Shown here piece by piece: positions 1 to 11,675 of a stretch of 64,000 nucleotides of DNA. Where the stretch lies: NCBI GenBank assembly GCA_038087875.1, contig CM075977.1, positions 198,276,001-198,340,000 of the forward strand. Reading direction: 5' to 3'. The number at the start of each line of letters is the position of its first letter. Within the stretch, counting starts at the first letter, position 1. The notes below the pieces were generated by a model. That model did not search any database. It saw only the letters and a program-made list of their open reading frames with translations, and was not told the DNA's origin. The stretch is from Malacoraja senta (Eukaryota). Made by a program: the position numbers and the translations under genes.

Positions 1-639
1 CAGGTTCCCACAGTGGAGCTCCTGAAATCGGTCTCCAGCAAAGGCCGCCAACTCCTCGATGTTAGGCTGCAGTGCGGACAGAGATACGATATGGGGAAAA
101 AATCGCACCTCCGTCAAGGTAAGAGATTAAAAAAGGTTTCCCACCCCGTCCCCCACCCCCCACACAAAACAAGCTAAAGAACACTGAAAACATGCATTTA
201 ACAAATACTATTAAAACACAAAGAAGGAATGGACAGACAGACTGTTGGCGAGGCAACCATTGCTTGCACCACTTGGTGGTACTCCAGCACTTTGTGTCTA
301 TCTGCAGTGTAAACCAGCAACTGCAGTTCCTTCCTCCACATCCTACAGAGGAATCTGGTTGCCCTCATATACAGGGAGAGTGGACATTTTGAAAATGTAC
401 ATCAGGAAAGTCTCCGACGTGTAATCTATATAATTAAAACTCTGATCCTGACCACTTCCTGTTGCACTGCATATTGATTTTAGAAACAACACTACCACTT
501 ACGGTTGTGATTTTTGGCCATCTTACTCAAAGTCCACCTCCACTGCGCAGGACAAGAGGATTTTACCCAATGATGAAAAATAAAAGACATATTAATGTTT
601 AAAAAATGATGAGATTCTCACTCCTGTCAATTATGCCAT

Positions 640-720
640 GAAGGCCACACCCCTTCTGGTGGGAGGGGCGGGACTATAAAACCCGGAAGTGTGGAGGTGC
701 CTCATTTCTCTGCAAGATGG
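640..720 (+). promoter_or_regulatory. Pol II promoter-like motif cluster inside the Helitron module (paralogs at ~9480-9565, ~17735-17805, ~18410-18490)
   Basis: GGGGCGGG (665-672), TATAAAA (675-681), ETS-like CCGGAAGT (683-690), YY1-like CAAGATGG (713-720). Function is inferred only. Confidence 0.35.
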
Positions 721-820
721 GGGAGAGATAGGTCATGACTCTCAGCTTGAGCTGTGAATAACTGAACACATGTCTACTAAACTGTGAGTGGTTTTACTGA
801 CCTGTGAGGGCCCTTAATAT

Positions 821-1777
821 GGTTTCAAAATGTAGTTTGAAAATGCAAAAGTGTGTTTTGGTTTGAAAATGCAAAAGTTGCCTTTGGTTTGAAAATGCTA
901 AAGTTGCCTTTGGTTTGAAAATGCTAAAGTTGCCAATGGTTTGAAAATGCTAAAGTTGCCTGTGGTTTGAAAATGCTAAAGTTGCCTGTGGTTTGAAAAT
1001 GCTAAAGTTGCCTGTGGTTTGAAAATGATAAAGTTGCCTGTGGTTTGAAAATGCTAAAGTTGCCTGTAGTTTGAAAATGCTAAAGTTGCCTGTGGTTAGA
1101 AAATGCTAAAGTTGCCTGTTGTTTGAAAATGCTGAAGTGGCGTTGCCTGTGGTTTGAAAATTCTAAAGTGGCATTGCCTGTGGTCTGAAAATGCTAAAGT
1201 GGCATTGCCTGTGGTTTGAAAATGCTAAAGTGGCTTTGCCTGTGGTTTGAAAATGCTAAAGTGGCGTTGCCTGTGGTTTGAAAATTCAAAAGTGGCAATG
1301 CCTGTGGTTTGAAAATGCTAAAGTGGCTTTGCCTGTGGTTTGAAAATGCAAAAGTGGCATTGCCTGTGGTTTGAAAATGCTAAAGTGGCGTTGTCTGTGG
1401 TTTGAAAATGCTATAGTGGCGTTGCCTGTGGTTTGAAAATGCTAAAGTGGCATTGCCTGTGGTTTGAAAATGCTAAAGTGACATTGCCTGTGGTTGGAAA
1501 ATGCTAAAATGGCGTTGCCTTATTGAAAAGTGGCGTTGCCGTATTGAAAAGTGGCGTTGCCTTATTGAAAAGTGGCGTTGCCTTATTGAAAAGTGGCGTT
1601 GCCTTATTGAAAAGTGGCGTTGCCTTATTGAAAAGTGGCGTTGCCTTATTGAAAAGTGGCGTTGCCTTATTGAAAAGTGGCGTTGCCTTATTGAAAAGTG
1701 GTGTTGCCTTATTGAAAAGTGGTGTTGCCTTATTGAAAAGTGACGTTGCCTTATTGAAAAGTGGTGTTGCCTTATTG
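821..1777. repeat. Compound minisatellite with 26-bp, 31-bp and 21-bp units
   Basis: Units GGTTTGAAAATGCTAAAGTTGCCTGT (26), GGTTTGAAAATGCTAAAGTGGCATTGCCTGT (31), TTGCCTTATTGAAAAGTGGCG (21). The 21-bp array resumes at 9245-9275. Confidence 0.95.
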
Positions 1778-4340
1778 GACAAACTAAATTCTCTCAATGA
1801 CAACTTTCATGGGGCTGGAGAGTCTACAACTGACCTTGGCATGGGAATAGTCAGAGGTAAGATATCAGGGGGTGTGGCTATTCTATGGAACAAGAAGCTT
1901 GACATCAATACATGTGGTTTGGCTTGATGCTGACTGGTGCATTGCCATACACTTTGCTCACAACGACAAGAAATTTGTTATACTGAATGTATATACACCC
2001 TATGAATGCCATCAGAATGAGGATGAATATTTAAATAGGCTTGCTTTCATCTATTCTTTCATTCAAAACAATAATTATTGTAGTGTATATGTCATGAATG
2101 CAGATATCTCAGATAGGAACTCATTATTTGCCAATCATATGGCTCATTTCTGTCAAGATAATAATTTAATATTGTCAAGCAAAGTGCTTTTACCTACAGA
2201 TAGTTATACTTATATTAGTGAGGCCTGGCACACTACATCATGGCTGGACCACGGTATTAGTACAGCTGATGCACATGCCTCCTTGGGGTATATGAGCATT
2301 TTGTACGGGGCAGCAATGACTGCTCATATACCTGTTGCTATGACAATAAATGTTGAACACATACCTGTGGGATCCAGAGTTAGAAATAGCTTTAATACAG
2401 AAAAACTGGACTGGTCAAAGAAAGACATTCTAGCCTATTATGCCCATACAGATAAATCCTTAAGCAATATTCATCTACCTAAAGATGCAATAATGTGTAG
2501 TAATTTTAATTGTAAGGATATGAAGTATCGGAGAGATATCTGCTCCATGCATAATGATATAGTAAGCGCTCTATATGTAGGTAGTAAGCCATACTGCAAG
2601 CATAAAAATAAGACACATAACATCAGGCCTGGCTGGAATAAGTATGTAGCTGAGTATCATGCTGAAGCCCGTGAAGCCACCAAATCATGGGCTATGGCAG
2701 CTAGACCCAGACAGGGGCCTGTGTTTGAGTACAAGAAGCTCACTAATGCAAGGTATAAGTATGCTGTTCGCTTCATCTGTAAAAATGAGCAAGCTATGAG
2801 GGCTGATTGCATGGCTAAGAAGCTGCTAAGTAACAATGCTACTGATTTTTGGAAAGAAGTGAGTGCTCTTAACAGTTGCAAAACATCTCTACCGTGCACT
2901 GTAGATGGAATCTCCGGAACAGCTAATATCGCGGAGTTATGGCGACAACATTACAGTACTTTATTCAACTGTCCAAGGTGACATGTACAGGGTGGACAAT
3001 ATTGAGAATAATGACTCAATGGTGATTATGTCCCATGAGGTGTATCATGCCTTGAACAAGCTGTCCAACAACAAAGCAAGTGGCTTGGATCATATTTCTG
3101 CTGAACATCTTAAGTATGTGAATATGAGGATAGCTCCTCTCCTTGCTATTTGTTTTACTGGCTTTATGATTCATGGCTTGTTACCAGATTCAATGTTGTC
3201 TGTTCTGTTAGTGCCAGTCATCAAGGACAAAGCTGGTAAAGTAGGCAGCCTAAATAATTACAGGCCCATAGCTTTAGCCAGCATATTGTCAAAGGTTTTT
3301 GAAAGAGTTCTGCTGGATAGAATAAATTAGTTTGTTAACTCCACAGATAACCAGTTTGGTTTTAAAGCTAAACATGGCACTGACTTATGCATATATGCCC
3401 TAAAGGAGATTGTAAACAAATATAGAGGCAAAAACTCTTCAATCCTTATGTGCTTTGTTGATGCTTCCAAAGCCTTTGATCGTGTTAATCACAGAAAGCT
3501 GTTTGTTAAAATGAGGCAAAGAGGGGTGCCTAAATACATTGTGAGAATTCTGGCCTACTGGTATGCCCACCAGACTATGCAAATAAAATGGGGCAATAGG
3601 GTGTCAGCCCCATTTGGGGTTAGCAATGGTGTTAGACAAGGGGGAATATTGTCCCCAGTCCTTTTTAGTCTTTATATTGATGATCTGTCCAAACAATTGA
3701 AAGCATGTAATACTGGGTGCATGATTGGGAATATTTTAGTGAACCATATTATGTATGCAGATGATCTTGTGGTCATTAGTCCATCTAGCGCTGGTCTCCA
3801 GCAGCTCCTTACTATATGTTCTGTGTATAGTGTGGAACATGATATTAAATATAATGCTTGTAAGAGTGCTGTTATGATCTGTAGAACCAAAGAGGATAAA
3901 TGTCTAAAATGTCCTGATTTTAAATTGTCTGACAATAATCTTAGTGTCTGTAATAAGGTTAAATATCCAGGGCATTTTATTACAGAACAAATGACAGATG
4001 ATGAGGATATTTATAGGCAATGACGCATGCTGTATGTACAGGCGAATATTCTCTTGCGTAAGTTTGGTGCGTGTGTAGATGTGGTGAAGATGTCGCTATT
4101 TAGAGCATATTGCACACCACTCTATACTGCGCACCTGTGGTCGAACTATGGAAAGACAAGTTTGCAGAGACTAAAGGTGTCATATAATGATGCCATGAGA
4201 ACACTGCTAAGGAAACCTAGATGGTGTAGTGCTAGTAACATGTTTGTGGCTGCAGGAGTCAGTACTTTAGAAGCTATCCTAACAAATCATATGTATAAAT
4301 TCATTTGCAGGATAAATGACTTTAAAAATGTAATTATTTT

Positions 4341-7300
4341 AAAATTCATTTTAAAATAGTTAAGAGATAAAGAGTGAGTAGGATATGGAATCGAATACAT
4401 TTGACATATATATAAATTGTAACTGGGTGAAATAGAACTGAATTGGAAACGGTAATGACCCCATAGATTTTGGGTAATAAATACAGCGGGGCTAACTTTA
4501 TACCAACTACGCCGGAAGCGTTATGGATGTCGTACCCCACAGACGAGTGGGCCACTCACTACGGTGTTGAAATTTTAGACACCGTAAATTTATTTGATTT
4601 ATATATTTTTTTTTTAATCACAATATGTCACATCTGTGTGTTTTCTCTTCAAGGACAATCGCGCAGGAGAACTACCAAGGAAGTCTATAATAGAAATACT
4701 CCCAAAATAACCAGAGTCCGGAGGTATGAACACACCACAATAATTAAGGTCATTAAAACTGGTAAAAATGCATGACGACAATCAAAAGAAAATAGGAGGA
4801 ATCACATTATGTAGTTGGAATATAAGGGGGATTAATGAACCTATTAAAAGGGGCAAGATACTAGCTCAGTTGAAATCATACAACACGGACATTGCGTTTC
4901 TACAGGAAACACATCTTAAACAGCAAGATCAGACAAGACTGAGGGCGAACTGGATAGGCCAAACATTTCACTCTTCATTTACCTCCAAATCTAGAGGTAC
5001 TGCAATTATTATTCGTAAAGGAATTCCATTTAAATCAAAGAACACTATTTTAGATAAGGAAGGGAGATATCTTATAGTAGCAGGGGAGATCAATAATATG
5101 CCAATTACGCTGGTAAACATATATGCGCCCAACTTTGATAACCCTCAATTTTTTAATAAAATTCTGAATATAATTGCAGAATCTAATTATCAAAATGTTA
5201 TAATCGGAGGAGATTTTAATTGTGTTTTAGATCCTTATTTAGATAAATCGATGCAAAAACAAAAAGGTCAGACGAAATCTAAAACCAGTGAACTCTTACA
5301 CACATATATGGAAAACACAAATATAACAGATGTATGGAGGATTGCAAACCCGACGGGAAGGGATTACTCGTTTTATTCAATGGTGCATAAAACATATTCA
5401 CGGATAGACTATTTTCTTGTGGATACAAAATTAATTTCGCAATCTCTGAATCCTAAATATCATATTAATGCGATCTCAGATCATTCTCCGTTAACTTTTG
5501 TTCTAAAACTAGAAGGAATGTCTATGAATAAACCGTTCTGGAGGTTTAACTCACAAATTTTAAAAGACCCTCAAGGGAGTATCTATCTAAAAAAACAGAT
5601 GGATCTATTTTTTGAGTTAAATGATACACCAGAGATATCCCCCACGTTATTATGGGAATCCTTCAAAGCATTTATAAGAGGAGTCATTATTTCATTTCAA
5701 GCTTATCAAAATAAAAAGAATAAGAATGAACAAAGACACTTAGAAGATCAAATAAAACAGTTAGATATAGATAATGCTAAAGACCCAACTATGGATAAAC
5801 ATAATAAAATACTACTACTGAAATTTCAGTTAAATAAATTACTGTCAGAGAAAGTTATAACATTATTTCAAATCACAAAACAAGAACACTTCGAATTCGG
5901 GGACAAACCCCACAAACTTCTAGCACGACAACTTAAAAAACGGGAAAAAGAGAATGCAATATTAAAGATTAAATCAGATAGAGGGGAAGTATTAACACTA
6001 CCCAAGGATATTAATAAAAGATTTGCTCAATTTTACCAGAATCTATACACATCTAAAACGTCAATAGACAATAATAAAATCTCAGAATTTTTAGATAATT
6101 GTAATCTACCACAATTAGAACGCAGGGAACAAGAGGAACTGGGAGCACAAATTACTTCTAAGGAGATAGAAGACACAATAAAAACACTAAAAAATGGAAA
6201 AACACCAGGACCAGACGGATTCAGTAATGAATTTTATAAATCTTTTTATGATATAGTTACTCCACGATTACAAAAAATGTATACATATGCTTATAAAGAG
6301 CAAAACCTACCTGAAACACTAGCGGAATCAACGATCATATTAATACTTAAAAAAGATAAAAATATAGAAGAACCAGGATCATATAGAGCTATTGCTTTGT
6401 TAAATACGGATCAGAAAATAATAGCAAAAACATTAGCCAATAGATTAAGCAAGTATGTTAGTAGACTAATACATGAGGATCAAACAGGATTTATACCTAA
6501 GAGACACTCATTTAATAATTTGAGACGTTTGCTTAACATAATGCATTCACATAAATCTTATGACCAAGAGTTAGCTATCATCTCACTGGACGCAGAAAAA
6601 GCGTTTGATCAAGTAGAATGGGACTATATGATCAAAGTATTGCAAAAATTCCAATTGGGAGAAAACTTTATTGCATGGATAAAACTACTATATAACAAAC
6701 CTACGGCTAGAATACTAACTAATAATATATTATCTTCAAAATTCGAATTATCTAGGGGCAACAGACAAGGATGTTCACTATCACCGCTGTTATTTGCTTT
6801 GGTAATTGAACCCCTTGCTGAAAAAATAAGAACACACTCGAATATTCACGGTTTTAACACAAAATATTCAAACAACAAACTATCCCTATATGCTGATGAT
6901 GTACTACTGTACATCACAAAACCACAAATTAGTATACCAAATATATTAAACTTAATTGAGGACTTTGGATCCTTTTCAGGATATAGAATAAATTGGAACA
7001 AAAGTGAAATTATGTCGATTAAACCAAAAGACTCAACACATCTCAGGAAATTCCCTTTTAAAATAGCTATGGAAAAATTCAAATATTTAGGAATTGAGAT
7101 TACTAGAAATTACCATGATATGTTTAAAGCTAATTATAATCCCCTACTTAAGAAATTAAATAATTTGATTAAATTTTGGAAAACACTTCCGATGTCCTTA
7201 ATAGGTAGGATAAATGCTATAAAAATGATTTTCTTACCACAAATCCTTTACCTATTTCAATCAATACCTATATATCTCCCAAAAAAGTTTTTCAAAAAAC

Positions 7301-8955
7301 TGGACTCAGACATTACAAATTTTATATGGGATTACAAATCCCACAGAATACAAAGAACACACCTTAACAAACGAAAAGAGTTGGGGGGTCTAGCGCTCCC
7401 TAACTTTATGTATTATAACTGGGCAGTAAATATTAAAAATATGATTCACCTGCTGGACAATTCTGCCCAGCAGGTGGACTGGATTATAATGGAAAAAGGG
7501 GATTGCTCCCCGAATAATATAGGAGCGATTATTCTCTCTCCAATAAATTTGAATAATAAAAATTATAATAAAAATCCAATTATATATAGCACTATTAGAA
7601 CATGGAAGCAAATAAAACAGAATCTAAAATTAAGAAACCTATCTCTCTTAATACCAATAGTCAATAACCCATCGTTTAAACCTTCAATCATAGATAAATC
7701 ATTTATACAATGGGAAAGAATGGGAATCAAAACGCTCGAAGATCTGTATGAATTAGAAAAATTACTATCATTCCAACAACTACAACTGAAATATAATTTG
7801 AAAAATAATCAATATTTTAAATATCTACAAATCTGTGACTATTTGAAAACACACACAAAAGATTATTATAATATGCCTTCCGACTTACTAGATGAAGCAA
7901 TGAAGACAAAGGCGGAATCAGTTAATTTAATATCATACTTATATAATATCATCTTAAATATAGAAATACCCACAACAGATGGAATTAGAAGAGATTGGGA
8001 ACAAGATCTAGGTATAAAAATTTCAAAAGAGAGTTGGGATAATCATTTATTACAGGTGCATAAATGCTCGATCAACGTACGACATACGCTTATCCAATTT
8101 AAAACATTACATAGATTATATTATTCAAAAACCAAACTAAATAAAATCTTTCCTAACGTCTCACCAATCTGTGATAAATGTATATGTCAAGAAGCTACCA
8201 TAGCACATTCTTTTGTTTTTTGTACAAAAATCCAAAAATTCTGGTTTGAAATATTTGATATTTTTTCAAAATTAATCAAAATAAAACTGGTACCAAAACC
8301 AGAATGGATTATTTTTGGAATATCGGAAGGTATTCCTGAATTAAACGTGTATCAGAAGAATTTACTCAATTATGGGCTAATAATGGGAAAAAAGCTTATA
8401 CTTAAATTCTGGAAAAATGCGCCCACACCAACAATAAAAATGTGGACATCAAATATGTTGGAAACATTACATCTGGAAGAGATGAGATTCCTCCTAGTAG
8501 GCAAAGTAGACCAATTTCAAAAGACGTGGTCTACGTTTTTGGACCTATTACAAGCATGAGGTGCAATAGTAATTTAGAAAAACAAATAAATAAATAAAAG
8601 GTATCTGGACCTGGTAATGGGAGGTAAAAATAAAAACAGACTTGGTTGTAGTTCCTTCTCTATGAAGTATGTTATAAGAGTTATAATAGAGCGATTGTTC
8701 CTTCTTTCTTTCTCTTTCTTTTCTAGGGTCTATTTTCTAACTTTACTTCCTTCTCTAACTTCTTTTCTAAGGGGCTTTCTTTTCCCAACACTTTTTGGCA
8801 CTTCACAACCTTTGCGCACTTTCTTCACTTTTCTTACTTCTTTCTTTTTCTTTCTTAAAGTTTAAAAAAGTGAAGCGGTACAAAAATGTATTAATATATA
8901 CGTGTGTACATTACTGTAATCTACCGTACTTCTATTAAAAAATTATTTAAAAAAA
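4341..8955 (+). mobile_element. L1-clade LINE, 5'-truncated (no ORF1), nested in the older LINE
   Basis: Interrupts the host LINE coding region. Intact ORF2, T-rich 3' UTR and A-rich tail ending ~8955. Confidence 0.9.
4768..8559 (+). CDS. L1 ORF2: APE endonuclease, reverse transcriptase, C-terminal Cys/His motif (1263 aa, uninterrupted)
   Basis: SWNIRG, FLQETH, GGDFN, SRIDYF, SDHSP, KTPGPDGF, SLDAEKAFD, GNRQGCSLSPLLF, LYADD, KYLG, CDKC...HSFVFC. True ATG at 4768. Confidence 0.95.
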   Translation: MHDDNQKKIGGITLCSWNIRGINEPIKRGKILAQLKSYNTDIAFLQETHLKQQDQTRLRANWIGQTFHSSFTSKSRGTAIIIRKGIPFKSKNTILDKEGRYLIVAGEINNMPITLVNIYAPNFDNPQFFNKILNIIAESNYQNVIIGGDFNCVLDPYLDKSMQKQKGQTKSKTSELLHTYMENTNITDVWRIANPTGRDYSFYSMVHKTYSRIDYFLVDTKLISQSLNPKYHINAISDHSPLTFVLKLEGMSMNKPFWRFNSQILKDPQGSIYLKKQMDLFFELNDTPEISPTLLWESFKAFIRGVIISFQAYQNKKNKNEQRHLEDQIKQLDIDNAKDPTMDKHNKILLLKFQLNKLLSEKVITLFQITKQEHFEFGDKPHKLLARQLKKREKENAILKIKSDRGEVLTLPKDINKRFAQFYQNLYTSKTSIDNNKISEFLDNCNLPQLERREQEELGAQITSKEIEDTIKTLKNGKTPGPDGFSNEFYKSFYDIVTPRLQKMYTYAYKEQNLPETLAESTIILILKKDKNIEEPGSYRAIALLNTDQKIIAKTLANRLSKYVSRLIHEDQTGFIPKRHSFNNLRRLLNIMHSHKSYDQELAIISLDAEKAFDQVEWDYMIKVLQKFQLGENFIAWIKLLYNKPTARILTNNILSSKFELSRGNRQGCSLSPLLFALVIEPLAEKIRTHSNIHGFNTKYSNNKLSLYADDVLLYITKPQISIPNILNLIEDFGSFSGYRINWNKSEIMSIKPKDSTHLRKFPFKIAMEKFKYLGIEITRNYHDMFKANYNPLLKKLNNLIKFWKTLPMSLIGRINAIKMIFLPQILYLFQSIPIYLPKKFFKKLDSDITNFIWDYKSHRIQRTHLNKRKELGGLALPNFMYYNWAVNIKNMIHLLDNSAQQVDWIIMEKGDCSPNNIGAIILSPINLNNKNYNKNPIIYSTIRTWKQIKQNLKLRNLSLLIPIVNNPSFKPSIIDKSFIQWERMGIKTLEDLYELEKLLSFQQLQLKYNLKNNQYFKYLQICDYLKTHTKDYYNMPSDLLDEAMKTKAESVNLISYLYNIILNIEIPTTDGIRRDWEQDLGIKISKESWDNHLLQVHKCSINVRHTLIQFKTLHRLYYSKTKLNKIFPNVSPICDKCICQEATIAHSFVFCTKIQKFWFEIFDIFSKLIKIKLVPKPEWIIFGISEGIPELNVYQKNLLNYGLIMGKKLILKFWKNAPTPTIKMWTSNMLETLHLEEMRFLLVGKVDQFQKTWSTFLDLLQA

Positions 8956-9616
8956 TTTTGCCTTGTCAAACATAAGGTTTAGCACTACACGCTACGAATC
9001 CCAGTTGTGGAGACACTGGTATCATTGTCTCATTGTAGGACATTGATCATTCTTTTATTCTGGATTTTAATTCATGTATTGTATTTTTTTAAATATATAA
9101 TTTATGATGCTTTTATAAGTGATATACTAAGATTTTATTTGTACTTTATTACTTTTTTTTAATATGCAATGCATTTTTAGGTAATGTTGCCCTTGTCTGG
9201 ACCTTTAGTCTGAATAATGTTTATTATTATTATTATTATTATTATTATTGAAAAGTGGCGTTGCCTTATTGAAAATTAAATGTCTAATCTTGACCACTTC
9301 CTGTTTGCGCTCTATATTGATTTTAGAAAAAACGCTACTACATACAGCTGTGATTTTTGGCCATCTTAATCAGAACCCCCTCCGCTCATCAGGTGCCGAG
9401 GATTTTTCCGATCAATGAAAATAAAAGAGTTATTAGTGTTTTAAAAATGTTGAGATTCTCTCTCCAGTCAATCACTCCATGAAGGCCACGCCCCTTCCCG
9501 TTGGAGGGGGTGGGACTATAAAGCCCGGATGTTTGGGCGTGGCTCAGTCTCTGCAAGATGGGAGATGGTGAGGTCACGACTTTCTGTCTTTAGTGGCCTT
9601 GCACCCTGCTTGAAAT

Positions 9617-10572
9617 TAGATTAGATAGATTAGATTAGATAGCCCTTTATTGTCATTCAGACCGAAGTCTGAACGAAATTGCAACAGTCATACATAAAAC
9701 AACAATAAACACATATTAACATCCACCACAGTGAGTCCACCCAACATCTCCTCACTGTGATGGAGGCAAAAGTCTTAGGTCTGCAGTCTCTTCCCTCCTC
9801 TTCTCCCTCTGCGCTGAGGCGATACCCCCCGGGCGATGTTTCCCGCGGCTCAAACACCACGGCCCGGGGTGGTCGAAGCTGCCGCCCACCAGTCCTGCAG
9901 ACGCAGCCGCTGGCCTGCGGCCGAACCCCGGACTCAGGCCACCATCGCCAGAACACCGTCCCAGCACCCTCACGTGAGTACCGTGCCATCTTCAGCCTCG
10001 GGCTGGGCCGCCCCGACATGGGTGCCGAACCTCCCCGGGCCAGGCCGCTCCGACATGGGTGTCGCTTCTCACTCCGGCCGGGCCGCCCCGACATGGGCGT
10101 CGCTTCTCCCTCTGGCCGGGCTGCCCCGACATGGGCGTCGCTTCTTCCCCGGGCCGGGCCGCCCCGACTTGGGCGCCGAACCTCCCTCGGGCCGGGCTGC
10201 CCCGACTTGGGCGTCGCTTCTCCTCGGGCCAGGCCGCCCCGCCTTGGGCGCTCACGGGAGCACTGTTCCAGCCCTGAGCTGGACCACCCTCATGGGAGCG
10301 AGCTCAGGGTGAGTCCTGACGGGCTCTGCCTCCGGAGCCTCGAGGTCGCCACCTCCATTAGGCCTCAGCGCAGACGGAGGCAGAGAAGGGGAATACGACC
10401 AAAAGTCGCATTCCCCCGCAGGGAGAGACTGCAAACCCCGTTACAACCCCCACCCCCCCCAAAACACAAACTAAAACCAAACTAAAAACCAAAACAAAAT
10501 AAACAACACAAAAAACACAAACAAACAGGACTGCCGATGAGCCGCTGCAGCCAGTGCCGCGCCGCCACTTCC
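9617..10572 (-). mobile_element. Non-coding non-autonomous retroelement with an internal GC-rich ~38-40 bp tandem repeat
   Basis: TSD GAAAT (9612-9616, 10573-10577). On the minus strand it ends ...GACAATAAAGGG(CTAAT/CTAT)n. Its 3' segment is shared with 39017-39760 and 45437-46168. Confidence 0.7.
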
Positions 10573-11675
10573 GAAATGGTATGAAACTGCATTTAAATTG
10601 GGTGGCCTTGCACATGCGTGAAATGGTATGAAACTGCACTTGAATTTGGTGGCCTTGCACCCTGCTTTAAATGGTATGAAACTGCACTTGAATTTGGTGG
10701 CCTTGCACCCTGCTTGAAATGGTAGGAAACTGCACTTGAATTTGGTGGCCTTGCATCCTGCTTGAAGTGGTAGGAAACTGCACTTGAGTTGGTGGCCTTT
10801 GACCCTGCTTGAAGTGGTATGACACTGCACTTGAATTTGGTGGTCTTGCACCCTGCTTGAAGTGGCATGAAACTGCACAAAATTGGTGGCCTTGCACCCT
10901 GCTTAAAGTGGCATGAAACTTCACTTGAATTGGTGGCCTTGCACCCTGCTTGAAGTGGCATGAAACTGCACTCGAATCTGATGGCCTTGCACCCTGCTTG
11001 AAGTGGCATGAAACTGCACAAATTTGGTGGCCTTGCACCCTGCTTAAAGCGGCATGAAACTTCACTTGAATTTGGTGGCCTTGCACCCTGCTTGAAGTGG
11101 CATGAAACTGCACTCGAATCTGATGGCCTTGCACCCTGCTTGAAGTGGCATGAAACTGCACTTGAATTTGGGGGTTTGCACCCTGCATGAAGTGGTAGGA
11201 AACTGCACTTGAACTTGATGGCCTTGCACCCTGCTTGAAGTGGTAGGAAACTGCACTCGAATTTGGTGGCCTTGCACCCTGCTTGAAGTGGCATGAAATT
11301 GCACTTGCCTTTGGTGGCCTTGCACCCTGCTTGAAGTGGCATGAAACTGCACTTGAATTTGGTGGCCTTGCACCCTGCTTGAAGTGGCAAGAAACTGCAC
11401 TTGAATTTGGTGGCCTTGCAACCTGCTTGAAGTGGCATGAAACTGCACTTGAATTTGGTGGCCTTGCACCCTGCTTGAAGTGGCATGAAACTGCACTTGA
11501 TTTGGTGGCCTTGCACCCTGCTTGAAGTGGCAAGAAACTGCACTTGAATTTGGTGGCCTTGCGTCCTGGTTGAAGTGTTAGGAAACTGCACTCGAATTTG
11601 GTGCCTGCACCCTGCTTGAATTGGTATGAAACTGCACTTGAATTTGGTGGCCTTGCACCCTGCTTGAATTGGAAT
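10573..11675. repeat. 48-bp tandem array inside Helitron copy 1
   Basis: Unit TTGCACCCTGCTTGAAGTGGCATGAAACTGCACTTGAATTTGGTGGCC, about 22 diverged copies. Confidence 0.95.

Larger units (their letters stand above)
1778..9244 (+). mobile_element. 5'-truncated degenerate non-LTR retrotransposon (APE + RT, RTE-X-like, clade tentative), split by an L1
   Basis: EN fragment (GGVAILW, SWLDHG) and RT motifs NYRPIAL, DASKAFDRV, GVRQGGILSP, YADD. Stops at ~3330 and 4021, frameshift ~2980. The C-terminus LSNIRFSTTRYESQLWRHW resumes after 8956. (ATT)n tail to 9244; TTATTG flanks both ends. Confidence 0.85.

Noticed and set aside
1501-1927. Periodic ORFs (KWRCLIE / KSGVALL / NKATPLF)
   Set aside because: Translations of the 21-bp minisatellite, open on both strands.
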